This document shows, in pieces, positions 38,340 to 49,161 of a stretch of DNA of 64,000 nt. A program made the translations under genes and the position numbers. This stretch comes from a virus: the UHGV virus genome UHGV-0125199. One strand, 5' to 3'. Below the pieces are notes generated by a model. It was not told the DNA's origin, did no database searches, and saw only the letters and a program-made list of their open reading frames with translations. Position 1 is the first letter of the stretch. Every line of letters begins with the position of its first letter.

Positions 38340-38743
38340 AAATCACCAGTCCAATATGATACTTCTGGATTAAAAATAGAAGACGGTAATAAAATATCAA
38401 CACAAAAAGGAGTAATCGGAACTACTTTAGATTCCTCCTTGTAAATAGTCTTATAAAAATTATTCGCTTCTTTTATTATTTTTGCTGCATCTTTCCCGTC
38501 TCTGCATCCAAATGTAATAAGCAACGGAATTTTTTCTTCTATATTATTAAATAATGTAATAACATATCCACTGTCTTCTATTGTTAATTTCATCACAGTT
38601 CCGTCCACAACATCTGCAAATTCGTGTTTCTTTGCATCCTGGATCATCCGTTTTAATATAAAGTACATATCTTTATTTACTTCTTCCGGATAACTTTTCC
38701 TGTTGTGTCCTGTGTTTAATGTATAATGGTTTAAATATTCCAT
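38291..38743 (-). CDS. hypothetical protein
   Basis: ORF track. Confidence 0.45.
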   Translation of the reverse strand: MEYLNHYTLNTGHNRKSYPEEVNKDMYFILKRMIQDAKKHEFADVVDGTVMKLTIEDSGYVITLFNNIEEKIPLLITFGCRDGKDAAKIIKEANNFYKTIYKEESKVVPITPFCVDILLPSSIFNPEVSYWTGDFCKCIAWAILAPEKIR

Positions 38744-38759
38744 ATTTATCTCCCTATAT

Positions 38760-39290
38760 TTAATACCGTCTGTCTAAACTGTATTGTATCATTTTGATAT
38801 AATCTTCATCATATTTTTCTTCGTTGAATAAGATTTCGCCAATATTGTCTGATTGCCAAAAAATATGATAAACTCCTTCTTTATCATATCCATCTGATTC
38901 TATTCTTTCCAACACTCTTTCTTCCAGAATTTCGGAAACAATTTTTGCAACTCGTGGAATCGTTTTCTCATGAAGCTCTTCTACAGTGTAATCGGATTCC
39001 AGTTCATCGTCATCAACTTTATATAATTCCATTACACGCTCTCCATCTACTTTATCTCGCTCTGAATTAAAACATCCACGAATTCTGCTACCTTCTACGA
39101 CGCGCCATGTTGTACATGTCGCAACAGCATGTTTTATGCTATAAGTTGCATGGCTAAGATTATTTGCAATATACAGATTTATATCATTATTATTTGTAAT
39201 TTCCATGTATACAGCAATATCAATCTCCATATGTTGTATTTTATTTATTTTATCAACAAGTTCTTCAAATCTTTTGTTATACAAAATCAT
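38760..39290 (-). CDS. hypothetical protein
   Basis: ORF track. Confidence 0.45.
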   Translation of the reverse strand: MILYNKRFEELVDKINKIQHMEIDIAVYMEITNNNDINLYIANNLSHATYSIKHAVATCTTWRVVEGSRIRGCFNSERDKVDGERVMELYKVDDDELESDYTVEELHEKTIPRVAKIVSEILEERVLERIESDGYDKEGVYHIFWQSDNIGEILFNEEKYDEDYIKMIQYSLDRRY

Positions 39291-39292
39291 AA

Positions 39293-39622
39293 TTATTCCT
39301 CACTTTCTTGATACTCTTTAACAACATCAGTCACTTTGGAGCGTCTGTCTGTAATAATATAGGCTTCTAAAAGATTGTCATAGTATCCGAGACTTCTTTC
39401 TGTTTTTAATTCTCGATTTTTGTATCTCCGGAACTTAAGATATGATCTGTCGTGCATAATATTTTCATTCTCATCTTTCTTAACCCAATTATTACATTTC
39501 CATCCTTCGTACCATCCGTTTCCATATGTGCTATCAGGATATAAAGTATCCAACATTTTTTCTAATTCATCCCACGGGATCTTATATCCTGTCCTATTGT
39601 CAAATTCCTCCAGATTGTACAT
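39293..39622 (-). CDS. hypothetical protein
   Basis: ORF track. Confidence 0.45.
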   Translation of the reverse strand: MYNLEEFDNRTGYKIPWDELEKMLDTLYPDSTYGNGWYEGWKCNNWVKKDENENIMHDRSYLKFRRYKNRELKTERSLGYYDNLLEAYIITDRRSKVTDVVKEYQESEE

Positions 39623-39775
39623 ACGATCATTTCCTTTTTAAAATTTCTGTTACCTGCTGCGTAGTAATTCCATATATTTTCGCAACTTTTTTCTTGTCTT
39701 TGTATTTTTCATATTCTTCTATAATGTCATTCTCTGTCCAGTTCTGTTCAACCGGCTCATTCATAAACTTTTCCA

Positions 39776-39973
39776 TCATGGTTTCTCCAATTTCCAATCT
39801 TCCAAAATACTTTCTACGGAATCATACGGACAAAACAACTTCCCACTTCTCAACATAATTACATCAATTTTTTTCTTATTCTTATAGATCTTTGTAAGTT
39901 CTGTGTTTATTTCATATGTTTGTCCGGTTCTAAACCCCATACTTCCGTCTCTCCCTATATACACACCTCTCAA
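39776..39973 (-). CDS. hypothetical small protein
   Basis: ORF track. Confidence 0.3.
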   Translation of the reverse strand: MRGVYIGRDGSMGFRTGQTYEINTELTKIYKNKKKIDVIMLRSGKLFCPYDSVESILEDWKLEKP

Positions 39974-39998
39974 TACTATCCCTCCATTATATACTATT

Positions 39999-41114
39999 TT
40001 ACCATGATAACCTTTTTTCTTCTACTTTTTGCATTAAATCACTCAAAATTTTCATACCTGTTTCTGTATTACATTCAGAATTAACTCTTCCTGTACTAAA
40101 TGCTTCAAGAATGATATCTCTTAAATCATTTGTTTTCAAGGCAATTACAGGAATGTTATCAATTACTGGAGAAATACCAGCGTCAATTTCTTCAATATAT
40201 TTTCCAACATCGTTGAACGCCTTTGCTCCTTTCTGTGCAAAAATTCCAGAGTACCGTTTTGTTGTTTCTTTATTAGCATGACCTAAGATTGTTTGAAGAA
40301 CATCCAAACAATCTGGATCAAATTGATTAATTTCATGCATAATATATCCAAACGTTTTTCTCATACTGTGTGTACTGATGTCTTTTAACCCATTGAAATC
40401 TGCTGCTTTCTTTAATTCATATCTGAATGACGCAGCTTGTTTTTTTATAGCCTTTTCATACTCTTCTTTTGTTCTAGCATCAATTTTCAAATCTGTATTC
40501 AAAATATCTTCTTTTAAGTGTTCCATAGGATTGATTTTTTCTGTATCACAATACCATTCCAAGTATTTCCAAACAGTCTGACTTACTGTGATTTTAATAA
40601 CTTTATCTGTCTTTTGCTCAATCAGGGTGTCCAAGATGTCCTTTTTCTTTCCATTTTCGTAATAGAAATCAGACCACTTTAAAGATAATGTGTCTCCAAT
40701 ACGTCTAGCCAACAAAATTCCAAGCATAAAGACAAGGAATTCTTTATTCTTGCTATTATCTCTAAAATAATCCATCATGTCCTTAATCTCAGATGTTTTA
40801 TAAAATGGTCTTACCAGTGTTGTTCCAGATTTTTTGGTACTACGAACCACCTTAAATGGAATGTAACATTCTCCATCAAAAATACTTTTAATCCAAATTT
40901 CTGACTTCCCGTTTGTAAATTTTAAAATATTTTCAGTAGAATCTGAATCTTTAATATCATTTTCGTCATCTTCTGTTTCAACAGGATAAAATTTTTCTTT
41001 TTCCATAATCTGATCAAGTTCTTCATTTGTATATACGTTTCCATTCATTTTCTTTTCTAATTTGTCTACTAATTTCATTATAATATACCTCCTAAAATCC
41101 CAATGCTTCTGCAA
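39999..41114 (-). CDS. int: tyrosine site-specific recombinase / phage integrase
   Basis: Catalytic signature RIGDTLSL (Arg I), HSMRKTFGY (H-x-x-R), LGHANKETTKRY (Tyr). Confidence 0.8.
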   Translation of the reverse strand: MQKHWDFRRYIIMKLVDKLEKKMNGNVYTNEELDQIMEKEKFYPVETEDDENDIKDSDSTENILKFTNGKSEIWIKSIFDGECYIPFKVVRSTKKSGTTLVRPFYKTSEIKDMMDYFRDNSKNKEFLVFMLGILLARRIGDTLSLKWSDFYYENGKKKDILDTLIEQKTDKVIKITVSQTVWKYLEWYCDTEKINPMEHLKEDILNTDLKIDARTKEEYEKAIKKQAASFRYELKKAADFNGLKDISTHSMRKTFGYIMHEINQFDPDCLDVLQTILGHANKETTKRYSGIFAQKGAKAFNDVGKYIEEIDAGISPVIDNIPVIALKTNDLRDIILEAFSTGRVNSECNTETGMKILSDLMQKVEEKRLSW

Positions 41115-41355
41115 TATCTATTTTCTTTTGTAAATATTCTAATGCAGACAATCGTTCTGCAAATTCTTTTGATTCTTTTCCATGAAAATAACTAATTTCC
41201 CATAACTCTCCATCCTCGGTTCTGTAATATTTCTGTTCCTGTGGCTTATTATTCCGTGTAAGATATTCATACACATTCCGACAATACAATTTTTCGTATT
41301 CTCCTAATGGGATATCTTCTTTTTCAAGTTCTTGCACTTTACAGCATCCTTTCAT
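41092..41355 (-). CDS. hypothetical protein upstream of integrase (excisionase-position gene)
   Basis: Overlaps the integrase start by 23 nt. Confidence 0.4.
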   Translation of the reverse strand: MKGCCKVQELEKEDIPLGEYEKLYCRNVYEYLTRNNKPQEQKYYRTEDGELWEISYFHGKESKEFAERLSALEYLQKKIDIAEALGF

Positions 41356-41920
41356 AATTTATATTCTTCGTCCATGTAACAGTCCATCTACCCTTGTTTC
41401 TGCGTAAAATTCAAAATCCATGCAGCAAATGTTATGACTATTATGCACAGAATTTTCTTCTCTTCTTATTCTCTCTTTGATTCCTCTACTTTGTTTCTTA
41501 AATAAATACTCCATGTTGTTCTTTTCTCTTCTCATAATATCCCTCCTATTTTTGCAATAAAAAAACAATCAGATATTTCCGATTGCTTTAATTGATTCAT
41601 ATTTTTTCTTATATACACTACAAAAGTCACCAGGATAATCTGATGACTTCTAACTATACACACATTATCTTCCTTTTTTTGCTTTCTTCCATTCATATTC
41701 CCATCGTTCTTGATCTGACATTTTACTTGTCTTATGATCTTCTGCCAATGCAAACAAACCTCCAATAACAAGAACAATTGTTCCAAAAATAATTCCACCC
41801 ATAATAATCCTCCAAATATTTTTTTTATTTTAAACTATCACTAAGATTTTCCAAAAAAGCACATAACATCAATAAGAAAATTCCTCCAATTAACGCTCCC
41901 ATATATATATCCCTCCTTCA

Positions 41921-42472
41921 TTATCCATTATATATGTAAGCACACTTATGTGCGACACCACTCTGTGTTCTTCCTAACTCTTTTGCAACTTCTCTATAAG
42001 ACATTCCTCTGCGTAACATGGATTTTGCATATTTTATTTCCATATCTGTCCAGTATTTTCCTTTGTTTGGTCTGTCATATGAGAATTTTTCACACCTTAC
42101 CCACGCCGGTTCCAAAGCCAATGTCGTACAATTATACCTAGACCAGTTGATAATATCCTTATGCTGTTCAGCCCATTTCCAAAAATTTTCAAGATCAATC
42201 ATATATTTTGTGCAGCACGAACATTTAAATTTACGACATGGAAGATCATATTGATTTATCCACTTCATGACTACCTTATGAGTAACATTGAAACACTCAG
42301 CAAGTTTATTCACGCTTAAAACATCATGCACCTTGCTCAAGCCTATATCCAAAGCCTTTTTAACAACTGCACGTTCTGTTCTATTAAGTCTTTTTGCTGT
42401 AATTGACACAGCCTGATTCAAATATTTCGATTCCAAATACCTAATCTCTCTGTCCGTCCATCTTTGAGCCAT
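41921..42472 (-). CDS. tandem HTH DNA-binding protein (regulator or small-terminase-like)
   Basis: Two repeats of W-T-D-x-E-I-x-Y...G/S...IA..LGRT..AV (sigma-70 region-4-like HTH). Confidence 0.5.
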   Translation of the reverse strand: MAQRWTDREIRYLESKYLNQAVSITAKRLNRTERAVVKKALDIGLSKVHDVLSVNKLAECFNVTHKVVMKWINQYDLPCRKFKCSCCTKYMIDLENFWKWAEQHKDIINWSRYNCTTLALEPAWVRCEKFSYDRPNKGKYWTDMEIKYAKSMLRRGMSYREVAKELGRTQSGVAHKCAYIYNG

Positions 42473-42474
42473 AC

Positions 42475-42783
42475 TTACACAATCTCCCTAGGAATATAAT
42501 CTGCAAGATAATCTTCTTGTCTCTCTTTGAAACGTATTTTTAAATATCCAACATAGTGGAATTTAATTCCATTCTCTTCGAGCAATCCCTTAAAAATATC
42601 TCCAATAGGTTCACATACATCTGTACATGAATTAAACTTTCTAGTTGCTTCTCCGGCAAGACTCTCCACCTCTCTCTGTCTATCTAATGGAATCTGATAT
42701 ACTTCTGGTCTTGCTCCGTAACCTTCTTTGTATTCATTGTTATAGGTTCCATCAAAATCCAATACAAATAATGTCCACATCAT
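42475..42783 (-). CDS. hypothetical protein
   Basis: ORF track. Confidence 0.4.
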   Translation of the reverse strand: MMWTLFVLDFDGTYNNEYKEGYGARPEVYQIPLDRQREVESLAGEATRKFNSCTDVCEPIGDIFKGLLEENGIKFHYVGYLKIRFKERQEDYLADYIPREIV

Positions 42784-42863
42784 AATTTCTTACTCCTTTA
42801 TTTCCTGCTGCCAATTCTTTTAATATTGTCATTTCTCTCTCAAAAGAAATGATACTTTCATTG

Positions 42864-43232
42864 CTATTCGCACAACTCTTTTGCTAATGCCAACATCAAT
42901 TCTTCTGCGTTGTCAAAAGTAATAACAGTTCCGTTTCCAATACCTGTGTAAATTTCCTTTGATGCATCATAATCTTCTAAATGTTTTACATCATATCCTT
43001 CTAACCAAGGTCTTTCTTCTTCCTCTGTTAAGTCAATCATTTCTTTTGTAGGCACTTGCAACTCAATCATTACACAGTTTCCATTTTCATCATCATAGAA
43101 TAATCTAGCTGCTTGTTCATAATTCACACCAGTTTCTTCATTTTTCATATCCTCAACAAACTGTTCAAAACTTTTTCCGTCATTAATTCCTTCAAAATTC
43201 CATTCAAATCTATACATAATATCTACCATCAT
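42864..43232 (-). CDS. hypothetical acidic protein
   Basis: ORF track. Confidence 0.45.
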   Translation of the reverse strand: MMVDIMYRFEWNFEGINDGKSFEQFVEDMKNEETGVNYEQAARLFYDDENGNCVMIELQVPTKEMIDLTEEEERPWLEGYDVKHLEDYDASKEIYTGIGNGTVITFDNAEELMLALAKELCE

Positions 43233-43255
43233 TTCTTTAAAATACGAGTTTCAAC

Positions 43256-43480
43256 TTAATCTTCTAAAAATTTGAAACTAAACGGTTTTGAATGACTAAT
43301 AAAAATTTTATCACCTATTTTGTATGAACTATTATAGTCTTCTTGCATATCTGTTATTCTAATTGTCCATCCTAAATCATCTACATTTTCAATGATTCCC
43401 CATTTTTTATACGAATCTCCGGGATACAACTGAATTTCTTTTCCAATATAAATTTCTCTGTTATATTTCATAATTTCCAC
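43256..43480 (-). CDS. hypothetical small protein
   Basis: ORF track. Confidence 0.35.
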   Translation of the reverse strand: MEIMKYNREIYIGKEIQLYPGDSYKKWGIIENVDDLGWTIRITDMQEDYNSSYKIGDKIFISHSKPFSFKFLED

Positions 43481-43512
43481 GCCCCTTTACACAATCAAAT
43501 TCCGACTTCATC

Positions 43513-43713
43513 TCATTTTATATCCCGATGATGATATGTGTTTCCATCATCACATTCAACTAAAATAACCTTCCTGACAATATCATTTAGCGGTCTTGGT
43601 TGATAAGCTCGCAACACCGTTAGTATTTCATTTGTTTCCTTGATGACTATCTCGTCTCCATTATGTAATTTTTTTGCATCATTATATTTCATAATCTTTA
43701 TTTTTCCTATCAA
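43513..43713 (-). CDS. hypothetical small protein
   Basis: ORF track. Confidence 0.35.
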   Translation of the reverse strand: MIGKIKIMKYNDAKKLHNGDEIVIKETNEILTVLRAYQPRPLNDIVRKVILVECDDGNTYHHRDIK

Positions 43714-43914
43714 TGTTTTCGCTTAACAAAATCCTGATTTCAATTACTCAAAATCATCATCTACAATTTGTGCATCATCGAAATCTGACCAGTCAAAATC
43801 TCCGTCATCCATATCATTTATTAATTCAATTGCTTCACTTTCTGTATCAGCTTCTAAAACTGCATAACCATATTTAACTACCATAACTCTCATTTTTGCC
43901 ATAATCATTTCCTC

Positions 43915-44310
43915 CTATAATCCCATCAAATCTTTTGCAACACTAACACCATAAGTTTCTTCAAACCACGACCAAATTTCCTCTCTGTGTGTTCCTGCTG
44001 CAAATTCGCTCCATTCCTCTTCAATACATTCTGTATCAGGATTCATGGGAATATCTCCAAATTCTAACCACAAATCCTCGATATATTCTGCACGTCTATA
44101 TTCAAAGCTATCGTTCAGACCACGATTAACGATACATGCTAAATCATCATCTGTGATTAAGAATTTCCGTTCTTTACAATAGTTCATGATCACATCATAT
44201 TCCTTGCCACAAAATTCTGTATCATCTTCAATTTGATCAATTTTCAGTTCTTTTAGATATTCTCTTAATGACATACTATTTTCCCTCTTTCCAATGTTCC
44301 ATATCTTCAT
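43915..44310 (-). CDS. hypothetical acidic protein
   Basis: ORF track. Confidence 0.45.
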   Translation of the reverse strand: MKIWNIGKRENSMSLREYLKELKIDQIEDDTEFCGKEYDVIMNYCKERKFLITDDDLACIVNRGLNDSFEYRRAEYIEDLWLEFGDIPMNPDTECIEEEWSEFAAGTHREEIWSWFEETYGVSVAKDLMGL

Positions 44311-44485
44311 TTTTCAATGCGATCATTTCCAACATTTGCAGCGTACTGAAACATTCATTTTGTTTTAAAATTTCCAGTTCTTCTGTGATACACTTTACTT
44401 CTTCATCTTTGTATTCTAAAGAGTCCGCATAATCCATATCTAAAGACAGATTATATAATATTTTCGCAATTTTCTGTGTGTCCAT
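44276..44485 (-). CDS. hypothetical small protein
   Basis: ORF track. Confidence 0.3.
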   Translation of the reverse strand: MDTQKIAKILYNLSLDMDYADSLEYKDEEVKCITEELEILKQNECFSTLQMLEMIALKNEDMEHWKEGK

Positions 44486-44754
44486 GTTATTTCCTTCTCT
44501 AAAAATCTGTATTTCAATTAGAATCGCTTATTGCACACGAATCAGCTATGAAAAGTTTCCCATTATATATACTTACATTTGTATCACTGTCTTGATACAT
44601 TCTTTCATTTTGAAAATCGTAATTGCTATATCCCTGACAACAAACAAAAACTTGCGTATCGTCTGAAATATCTTTAATAAATTCTCTTAATTCCCCCTGC
44701 TGTCACTATTTTCTTATTTTCGTTCATAACCTTTCCATCCTATCATGTAAATTT

Positions 44755-45318
44755 TTATAAAAATTCATTCCCGGTAATCACAAGCAGCACATTATACAAC
44801 ACTCTGAAGCAATCCTTATTATATTCTTTCTGTGCCATTACTTGTAAAAGACATAAACCATCTTCCAATTCTTGTTTCAATTCTTCTGATCGTTCCAGAT
44901 TAGATAGTTCAATCAACTGTTCTGCAATATCTTCAGTGTTATAACAAGAATTCTCCTTGTACTGTTTTAGTTCTTCCAGATTTTCTTTATTATTTTCATC
45001 TTTTGCCAATGTATCCGCTAATTCATTAAGCATTTCTTGTATTTCTTCCGCATCTTCTATGAGTTCTCTAATACTATCAGGGACTCCATTTACCTTTTCT
45101 CTTGCCTCAATCCACATTTCCGCATGTTCATTTGCATCAAAATCATTTGCGTATTCTCTTACTGATTCAGGGAAATTTTCCACTTCTACAATAATAGAAA
45201 AATCTTCTCCTGCTGGCGAATACGTTTCAAGCTCCACTCTCCCATCTTCTGTATAAGAAGAAACATTCCAATCATTTTCTTTTAAAATGTCTATGTATCT
45301 TTGTTCTAACTCTTTCAT
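44755..45318 (-). CDS. hypothetical highly acidic protein
   Basis: ORF track; Glu/Asp-rich. Confidence 0.45.
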   Translation of the reverse strand: MKELEQRYIDILKENDWNVSSYTEDGRVELETYSPAGEDFSIIVEVENFPESVREYANDFDANEHAEMWIEAREKVNGVPDSIRELIEDAEEIQEMLNELADTLAKDENNKENLEELKQYKENSCYNTEDIAEQLIELSNLERSEELKQELEDGLCLLQVMAQKEYNKDCFRVLYNVLLVITGNEFL

Positions 45319-45347
45319 ATTTACTTCTTCTCCTTACAAAAAATTTT

Positions 45348-45560
45348 CTATTCAACTTCAATGATTAACCAACTTTCTCCATTTTCTTCGACAGAGTATA
45401 TATATTTAATTTCCATATCCATAAAATCTCCATAATGTTTTTGGCTAAAACATGTAGTACTATGTAATATTTTGTGTATATCTGATTTATAGTCATATTG
45501 TCTAACTGTAACTTTTCCTTCAATTTCAATACCATTTTCTAATAATTGTTTAATTGTCAT
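45348..45560 (-). CDS. hypothetical small protein
   Basis: ORF track. Confidence 0.35.
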   Translation of the reverse strand: MTIKQLLENGIEIEGKVTVRQYDYKSDIHKILHSTTCFSQKHYGDFMDMEIKYIYSVEENGESWLIIEVE

Positions 45561-45611
45561 GTTTTCCTCCTATGAAAGCGTTCTTTTATTAAATAAACGA
45601 TAAAGCAGCCG

Positions 45612-46781
45612 TTAAGCTGCTCTATCAAGTTGTGTTCTAAAATTTATAATATAATTTTCTCCGGCAATATTGATCGGAAGAATCAAGAAATTGTACTCGT
45701 TTCCATCAATGTACATTGGAGCATTTCTTTGGCTTCCTCTGAATACCGGATTCTCTGAATCAATAACTGATAATGCATCCACAAGATAATGTGAATTGAA
45801 TCCAATAAATAAGTCCTCGTCCATTACAAGATTTTTCGTTTCAATCTCGTCAAAAGTTTGATATCTGGAAGTCTGCAAATATGTGTAAAGTTTTCCGTTC
45901 TCACTATGAAAGATAGTAGGCTCCTTTTCTTCTTTTACCATATCTGCATTATACTTCATAATTTTTAACATTTCTTCTCTATCAGCATTGAATACAAAAT
46001 CTCTGCTATCGCACAACATCTGTTCAATATTGAAATATTGTCCATCAATTCTTCTGATAACGTATGTAAAATCTTTTCCGGAAATTCTGATATATTTCTG
46101 ATCCTGATATACTTTGACTCCCGCATCTGATCTTTTATCCATGATTTTCTTGAATACTGGCAAGCATTTCACATGGAGTTTTACAGTGTCAAATGGATTT
46201 TCCGTCACTGTTATAATCTCCTGGCTATCAAGTGATCTTAATGCAATTCTGTGATTGTCCAACGCCTCTATACGTTTCCGCTTTGTGTTAAAGTTAAATA
46301 CATTCAGCATTTTATTAACGTCATCTCCTGCCACAAATAAAGAAAGATTAGCGATTGTTTTCAATAACCAACTCTCCGTTGTTGTAATAATATGTGCTTC
46401 TGTATCATCCATTGCTGGAAGAAAAATATCTGTATTCGCATACCGTGGAATAGTAACAATCTTTTTTCCGCACTTTATGTTTATTCTCTGCTGCGTTTTC
46501 GTACTGACATCTTCCAGTGTTACTTCTCCGCTCATTTTGGAAATGATCTTGATATCGTCAATGTCAATCCCCAAAACGCCTGGACTTGTGTCAAATGCAT
46601 TATTTGTTCTTATTTCTGCAAAATGTTCCATATCGGTACCCCACATTTTCACCGTTCCATCTTCTTCGACCTGCATATATAACTTTTTCAAGCTGTCAAG
46701 TGTTACTTTCTTATCAATGGCTGCCAATCCTTTTCTCATAATTTCTTTTAAATCTTTTGCATTCATTGTAAATTTTAACAT
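45612..46781 (-). CDS. dnaN: DNA polymerase III beta sliding clamp (DnaN)-like
   Basis: N-terminal MLKFTMNAKDL...GTDMEH and C-terminal IGFNSHYLVDAL...PMYI...NFLILPINI match beta-clamp blocks. 389 aa. Confidence 0.7.
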   Translation of the reverse strand: MLKFTMNAKDLKEIMRKGLAAIDKKVTLDSLKKLYMQVEEDGTVKMWGTDMEHFAEIRTNNAFDTSPGVLGIDIDDIKIISKMSGEVTLEDVSTKTQQRINIKCGKKIVTIPRYANTDIFLPAMDDTEAHIITTTESWLLKTIANLSLFVAGDDVNKMLNVFNFNTKRKRIEALDNHRIALRSLDSQEIITVTENPFDTVKLHVKCLPVFKKIMDKRSDAGVKVYQDQKYIRISGKDFTYVIRRIDGQYFNIEQMLCDSRDFVFNADREEMLKIMKYNADMVKEEKEPTIFHSENGKLYTYLQTSRYQTFDEIETKNLVMDEDLFIGFNSHYLVDALSVIDSENPVFRGSQRNAPMYIDGNEYNFLILPINIAGENYIINFRTQLDRAA

Positions 46782-46820
46782 TATTACCTCTCCTGTTCCT
46801 TATATAAAACATCACTTTCC

Positions 46821-47108
46821 TTATTGCACGAATTCGATTTCCCACACATTAGACTGTTTGCAAACACCATCTTCAAATTTCCAGTCGGATGCTTTTCCAT
46901 ATTCAATCCAACTTCCTTTCCCATTGTTGGCTAATGTAATTTTGCTATCTGGTTTTTCATCTTCGATACTGTAAAACCCGTTTGTCTGTACTACATTCGG
47001 CTTTCTAATCTGTCCCTCATATTCTGATCTGATATAGTGTTTTCTAATAATAAATTTACGTCCCTCTTTGATTACTCTTTTTAACTGTGCTAAATTTTTA
47101 ATTTCCAT
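46821..47108 (-). CDS. hypothetical protein
   Basis: ORF track. Confidence 0.4.
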   Translation of the reverse strand: MEIKNLAQLKRVIKEGRKFIIRKHYIRSEYEGQIRKPNVVQTNGFYSIEDEKPDSKITLANNGKGSWIEYGKASDWKFEDGVCKQSNVWEIEFVQ

Positions 47109-47343
47109 GTTTATTTCCTCCCAATAACTAATCCCTGTTACAATAATCTAAAAAAGCGCCTATTGTTTCTTCTGCTTCGCACCTAGTCAAATATCTTCGC
47201 TTTTTACTTTTCTTTCTATGTAATGGTAACCCACACATCTTGCGTTCATTATTTCTTAATAACATTTTGTCCGTTTTTTGTTTCTTCCTGGTATTTATGT
47301 CCATACTTATTTCACCTCACAAAATCGTGCTTTCGTCTGTTCT

Positions 47344-47610
47344 TTAAATTTTTTCTACTTCTTTAAAATCATTGTCTTTTAAATATTTTATGTAATCTAC
47401 AATATCAGATTTTCTTTTAACTTCTATATCATCTGCTTTATAATACCCATAAAAGGGATCGACAAACTGTTTATATGTTTTATTTTCCATATCAATAATA
47501 AGGTTATAGTTATTTGCCGCTCCTCCTGTTTTTCTCCAATTATTATCAATCCAAAACAAATGAATTTTCATATCTACACCTCTTCTTCTATAATTTCCAC
47601 CACACCACAA
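47344..47610 (-). CDS. hypothetical protein
   Basis: ORF track. Confidence 0.35.
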   Translation of the reverse strand: MWCGGNYRRRGVDMKIHLFWIDNNWRKTGGAANNYNLIIDMENKTYKQFVDPFYGYYKADDIEVKRKSDIVDYIKYLKDNDFKEVEKI

Positions 47611-47915
47611 GGCTTATCTGCATTGCTGTGATATTTCCCGCCGGCGAAATAAGCATAACAATCATTCAAAACTACACCTTTTTCATATCCGTTTAAATCG
47701 TTGATACTGATTCTATTTCCGTCATAGTCTGTCAATTCGTATCTATTCACATTATTACCTTCTCCGTATAATGTGTAAATCGATTTAAAACTCTTTACAG
47801 AATTTAGAATTTCTTCTTTTATATCATTCGGCACATTTTCTTTTTCAAGTTCTCTTCTGAAATATTCTTTATCATCAATTTTAAAAATTACTTTTCTCAT
47901 ACCTATTTCCTCCAC
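47574..47915 (-). CDS. hypothetical protein
   Basis: ORF track. Confidence 0.4.
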   Translation of the reverse strand: MEEIGMRKVIFKIDDKEYFRRELEKENVPNDIKEEILNSVKSFKSIYTLYGEGNNVNRYELTDYDGNRISINDLNGYEKGVVLNDCYAYFAGGKYHSNADKPCGVVEIIEEEV

Positions 47916-47937
47916 TTGAAATTATCTTTTCATGTAA

Positions 47938-48192
47938 TTATTTTAAAGAAATTTTCCACCCTATTCCATTTTCTTCAATCTTAAATCCATGTTTTTCAAA
48001 GATATTCTTGACATCACCACAAATTGATACTGTGCTATGTGTAATATCTCTAATAATAGAGTTGTAACAATGTACTAATTCCTCTGCCGAATATGGTACG
48101 AGATTATATTTTCTTAATTTTCCATTGTCATAAACTTCTTCCAATATTCTTCTTATTTTTAATAATTTATTCTGTTCTGTTTTAGTAAACAT
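47938..48192 (-). CDS. hypothetical protein
   Basis: ORF track. Confidence 0.35.
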   Translation of the reverse strand: MFTKTEQNKLLKIRRILEEVYDNGKLRKYNLVPYSAEELVHCYNSIIRDITHSTVSICGDVKNIFEKHGFKIEENGIGWKISLK

Positions 48193-48225
48193 AACTATTT
48201 CCTTCCGATAAAATCATTTCATATT

Positions 48226-48408
48226 TCATGTGTTTTCTCTACACATAATATCTATCATATCCGCATGTTCATAATTCCATTGTTCCTGTTCTTGTGTTCT
48301 GTCTTGATATTCACAATCAAATTTATAATAATCAAGTTCACAAGTAGGTTTATCGCTCCAACCATCATTTCCTTGATGTTCACAATGTTCTTTTTTATTA
48401 CATAGCAT
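48226..48408 (-). CDS. hypothetical small protein
   Basis: ORF track. Confidence 0.3.
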   Translation of the reverse strand: MLCNKKEHCEHQGNDGWSDKPTCELDYYKFDCEYQDRTQEQEQWNYEHADMIDIMCRENT

Positions 48409-48410
48409 TT

Positions 48411-48623
48411 TTATTTCTCCACAATTTCATCATATACTTGTTTTGCATATCTAATAGCTTCACCAATAGTAACAAAAGCTATCAAATACTCTGCTCTAAT
48501 ATTTCCATCATAAGATACCTTACGATATACTTTGTATTTCGCTCCCATATCAAATTGATTATAAAAAACAAACACATTTTCCTTTTCGCTTTTCCACATT
48601 TCCTTATAGTCTTTTACTTTCAT
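48411..48623 (-). CDS. hypothetical small protein
   Basis: ORF track. Confidence 0.35.
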   Translation of the reverse strand: MKVKDYKEMWKSEKENVFVFYNQFDMGAKYKVYRKVSYDGNIRAEYLIAFVTIGEAIRYAKQVYDEIVEK

Positions 48624-48669
48624 TTCTATTTCCTCCCGATAAAATCATTATTCAATTCAATTCCATACA

Positions 48670-48918
48670 CTACTTACAAAACGGTTTCCAGTATGCGATC
48701 AGTGCCACACCTAATACAGTAATATATACTTTTGCATCCGTTTCTGTCATAAACAACGCGATCAGAAGCAAAATCAATCCAGAAAACTTTTGAAAGTTCA
48801 GTCTACGCTTCCACCGTTTAAACTTCTGGCTCGTAGCAGCTATAACATATCCTTCTAACCATTCTTTATTATGTTTCTTCCATTCTTTTTCCGTCGTAAC
48901 AGTTTCAATCACGTTCAT
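48670..48918 (-). CDS. small membrane protein
   Basis: Hydrophobic segments LILLLIALFMTE and VYITVLGVALIAYW. Confidence 0.4.
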   Translation of the reverse strand: MNVIETVTTEKEWKKHNKEWLEGYVIAATSQKFKRWKRRLNFQKFSGLILLLIALFMTETDAKVYITVLGVALIAYWKPFCK

Positions 48919-49124
48919 TTCATTCTACCTCCGTTCTTCATATACCTGTTCACTGCGTTGTTATACTCCCATTTTTCCACCACTGATACACCGCCTTTTG
49001 TTCTGACTGTACAATATTTCTTTCCATCAATTGTAAATTCGTTTAAAAGTTTCATTATTTTATTCTCCCTTTTGTTGTTGTGTTTATTTGTTGTATTTTT
49101 TATTTCCCTGAAATCATTCTGCAA
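48915..49124 (-). CDS. hypothetical small basic protein
   Basis: ORF track. Confidence 0.3.
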   Translation of the reverse strand: MQNDFREIKNTTNKHNNKRENKIMKLLNEFTIDGKKYCTVRTKGGVSVVEKWEYNNAVNRYMKNGGRMK

Positions 49125-49161
49125 GCTGTGATACTCACAGAACGTAATATGTAAGTTTTTC

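Noticed and set aside
46255-46974. 239-aa plus-strand ORF antisense to dnaN
   Set aside because: It is a shadow ORF opposite a well-supported beta-clamp gene, Ser/Ile-rich with low complexity and no RBS.
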